DNA of 64,000 nucleotides, from positions 103,602,001 to 103,666,000 of the forward strand of contig CM069136.1 of the NCBI GenBank assembly GCA_035221665.1. The letters run 5' to 3'. Under the pieces are notes generated by a model that did no database searches, was not told the DNA's origin, and worked only from the letters and a program-made list of their open reading frames with translations. The first letter of the stretch is position 1. Every line of letters begins with the position of its first letter. Source of the DNA: Okamejei kenojei (lineage: Eukaryota). The position numbers were made by a program, and so were the translations under genes. Shown piece by piece: positions 60,731 to 64,000 of this stretch.

Positions 60731-62507
60731 AAGAAAATGTCTAGGATATGGTCACTCCTCAGAGAGCGTTCGCTTCAGTACATCACTCAACATGTACTCC
60801 CATACCTTGGGAAGTGCCAACCGACAGCATTTGGTTGCGGACATCTCTTTACACTGGAAGACCAACCCAAGTGTACCTTTCACTCAGTTGACAATCTTCC
60901 AGATGCAGTTATTGTTTGACTCGGTATGGGTCCTGGGGAACATTATATCCAAGGACAACATCTCCAAATCAGAATCTTGTCAGAATGTCAGAAAGACTGC
61001 AAACTGCACTCTTTTAGTTAAAAGGGAATGTGAATGAGAACAAATTACCTTTCAACATTTCACTTGCAGCTGAACAGTGTCAGGAGCTAGAATGGTAAGA
61101 AGCACCTTACTTCTAAATCCTTCCTGAATTAAATAGCTTTTTTATTATGGGCAGCTCCTGAAATGTTGTAACTTTCCTTTTTAAATGACAATAGATTTTG
61201 CAGTTTAATAAAACAACTGCTGGCCATTTTCTGACTATTTCTTACCTTTCCTAAAGGTACATTCCACAGGCATCAGTCAACCTCAGTAGTTGGTTATTAT
61301 TTGTGTTTGGACACAGGCAATCCTTCTGTACTTCATAAACTCCGGAAGTTATAAAAGTGGAAATTCTACTCAAATAGTATTGGGAAGTGTTAGAACATAA
61401 ACTGCAATATATTATTAAAAAAGGTTAAAGAAGAACAATTGGCACATACGAGTCATGTTAATGATCGTTGACTCTTCAGATTTAATAATTGGAGTTTACA
61501 ATGAGAGGCTTTTTGTTCAGAGATTATTACGTGCACGTGCACTGAACACTTCTCAGCTCACATCACCTGAATAGTAGAGCAATGTTGTGCAATATCTGGA
61601 GTAAACATGTTTTCCCCTGATTACCTTGGTCTTCTTCTTATCGAGTCCACACACAAGACTAGAAGTTGTCCAGCCAGAGCTGAACACACTTCTCTGCATC
61701 TGGGTACAATGGTGTCCGTCTAGCGCTTCTTGTGCTTCGTGTGCATGGCGGTGGAAAGATTGGTGAAAACAGGGCCGCGACGTGAACGTTCTTGCCTTGA
61801 CCCCACCACCTTGGTGATTAATGAGTAGTCCAATCCCTTCCAACACTCATCTGGATGCAGTTGCTTGGGATGGCTTCTGACTGAGGATGCAGGGCCTTGC
61901 TCTTGTGATTAACAAGCTCCACCCTCAAAAATGATTTGATACTTTGATAAACCAGGCCACTCATTTTACCACCTGTTAAAACCATCTTAAACGCTTGGAA
62001 AGTTTGAAGACAAACTACTAAAATTAACATAGTTTTTTTTAAATTACATCAATACTTAAAAGTAATTTTACTTTTATAAATGAAAACTATTAAAACACAA
62101 GTAATCAAAAATAAAAAAGAAACAACTAAATATATAAAATGCAATCTTAATTAATTCAAAGAAAAATAGATTGGCAAGTATTTACTGAATCTTCCAAAAA
62201 CATTGTTGTAAATAAAGTTGCTGACGTTGCCTAGTCTAATTTGGCAAAAGTTCAGTTCACAAACATAGCAGAGAAACATCAAGACATTGGTGGTTGTCTC
62301 TTGGGGTCCATTTCACGAAGCTTGGGTCAGATGAATGATGATCAGATGTGATTGAGGCTATGATTTTGATCCCCCTGCACCTGTGTGGTGCACCAGTGCC
62401 TTGCTATTTCTCCTCATCAAGCACTCAGTCTCTGCTTAGAAAGTTACTGTGAAATGTTCTCCCTCTGCCCTTTCAAATATTGCTGCCCAGATTGTGGCAA
62501 CCTATCT

Positions 62508-63077
62508 GTTGTACAGGGTCTTGGTGAGACCACACCTGGAGTATTGCGTACAGTTTTGGTCTCCAAATCTGAGGAAGGACATTATTGCCATAGAGGGAGT
62601 ACAGAGAAGGTTCACCAGACTGATTCCTGGGATGTCAGGACTGTCTTATGAAGAAAGACTGGATAGACTCGGTTTATACTCTCTAGAATTTAGGAGATTG
62701 AGAGGTGATCTTATAGAAACTTACAAAATTCTTAAGGGGTTGGACAGGCTAGATGCAGGAAGATTGCTCCCGATGTTGGGGAAGTCAAGAACAAGGGGTC
62801 ACAGCTTAAGGATAAGGGGGAAATCCTTTAAGACCGAGATGAGAAATACTTTTTTCACACAGAGAGTGGTGAGTCTCTGGAACTCTCTGCCACAAAGAGT
62901 AGTTGAGGCCAGTTCATTGGCTATATTTAAGAGGGAGTTAGATGTGGCCATTGTGGCTAAGGGGATCAGAGAGTATGGAGAGAAGGCAGGTACGGGATAC
63001 TGAGTTGGATGATCAGCCATGATCATATTGAATGGCGGTGCAGGCTCGAAGGGCCGAATGGCCTACTCCTGCTCCTA
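62508..63077 (+). mobile_element. Young 5'-truncated CR1 LINE
   Basis: LYRVLVRPHLEYCVQFWSP...KAGTGY*, nearly identical to 27409-28048(-). The microsatellite tail is missing. Confidence 0.95.
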
Positions 63078-63547
63078 AGAGATGAGTGAAAATCAAGGGA
63101 TTGTATAATGTACAGATTTTCTGAGCACCAACTCAGAACTATGTTATAATACAATGTACCAGGTTGTCAGAGCTTGACAAATATTCATTATGATACAGTT
63201 TTCTACTGTTGTGAGATTTTTCAGTGGAGGGTGACAATTGGAAAGGCATTTTGGTATTGTTCCCTCAATAGTGGATGAAGGATACATATGAATAGGGCAA
63301 CACAAGGTATAAATCCTCCCAACACAACAGCTTGAAGAAGAATGATTAGTGATGTCTTTAAGAAATCTAAGCCACAAAGCTGAAGATTGAACAATTAATT
63401 TGATGGCATATCTTAAAACAAAGGACTAAAATTAAGTTAAGAATTAGATTGAAAGACAAAATAATCTTAAAGAATAAATGACATTGTTGTTTTTTTTTAA
63501 AATTAGGGTGATAGAGTCGGAGAGTAATACAGTGTAGAAATACCTCA

Positions 63548-63628
63548 ATCAGTGTGAAGAAGGGTCCTGACCCAAAATGTTGCTTATCCATGTTTGCCTG
63601 AGATTCTGCCTGACTGAGTTACTCCAGG
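63548..63628 (+). mobile_element. Penelope-like terminal fragment, decayed
   Basis: cagtgtgaagaagggtcctgacccaaaatgttg...ctgagttactccag. Confidence 0.6.
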
Positions 63629-63651
63629 ACTTCTTTACAAGTACAACTACA

Positions 63652-64000
63652 AGTAAAATGGATGAAGGGGTGCCAGTGGATGTAGTGTATCTGGACTGCA
63701 GAAAGCCTTTGCTAAGGTCCCGCACGGGAGACTGATGACTAAAATTAGAGCACATGGTATTGGAAGTAGGGTGTTGACATGGATAGAAAATTGGTTGGCA
63801 GACTGGAAGCAAAGAGTAGGCGTGAACGGGTCCTTTTCAGAATGGCAGGCGAGTGGAGTGCCGCAAGGCTCGGTGTTGGGGCCGCAACCGTTTACCATAT
63901 TAATGATTTGGAAGCGGGAATTAGGAGCAACACCAGCAAGTTTGCGGATTACACAAAGCTGGGTGGGAGTGTGAACTGTGAAGAGGATGTTAGGAGGTTG
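63652..64000 (+). mobile_element. CR1 LINE RT fragment running off the window
   Basis: VDVVYLD...KAFAKVPH...IRAHGIG..VLTWIENWL...SGVPQGSVLGP...SKFAD, with frameshifts. Confidence 0.9.

Larger units (their letters stand above)
13846..64000 (+). other. DACH1: DACH1 intron 1 (continues beyond the window)
   Basis: GTAAGT donor at 13846. I found no exon encoding the expected continuation (S-S-R-P-G-R-P-P-K-R-like) by eye. DACH1 intron 1 is very large in vertebrates. Confidence 0.8.

Overview
Vertebrate genomic DNA, most likely from a cartilaginous fish (skate/ray-like), judged by its repeats: CR1 LINEs with (TTTCTATG)n tails, HE1-like V-SINEs, Deu-SINEs and Penelope-type termini. The only host protein-coding sequence I can support is coding exon 1 of a Dachshund-family gene, best matching DACH1 (+ strand, ATG 13307, splice donor after 13845). 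About 13 kb of upstream DNA precedes it, and about 50 kb of intron 1 follows with no exon 2 seen. Almost every other ORF in the track is transposon debris or chance. Two broad CpG-retaining domains and several repeat-free, homeodomain-motif-rich blocks look like conserved enhancers. The best leads are: (1) a 55-nt copy of the end of the DACH1 exon 1.07 kb upstream, forming a 19-aa in-register mini-ORF; (2) two near-identical Penelope-type minimal hammerhead ribozyme motifs 591 nt apart on the pre-mRNA strand, one inside a hAT-like TIR/TSD shell; (3) an overlapping uORF at the DACH1 start; (4) a Harbinger-type MITE family and several nested insertions with readable TSDs. All family assignments are by eye, no database searches were run, and the boundaries of old repeats are approximate.
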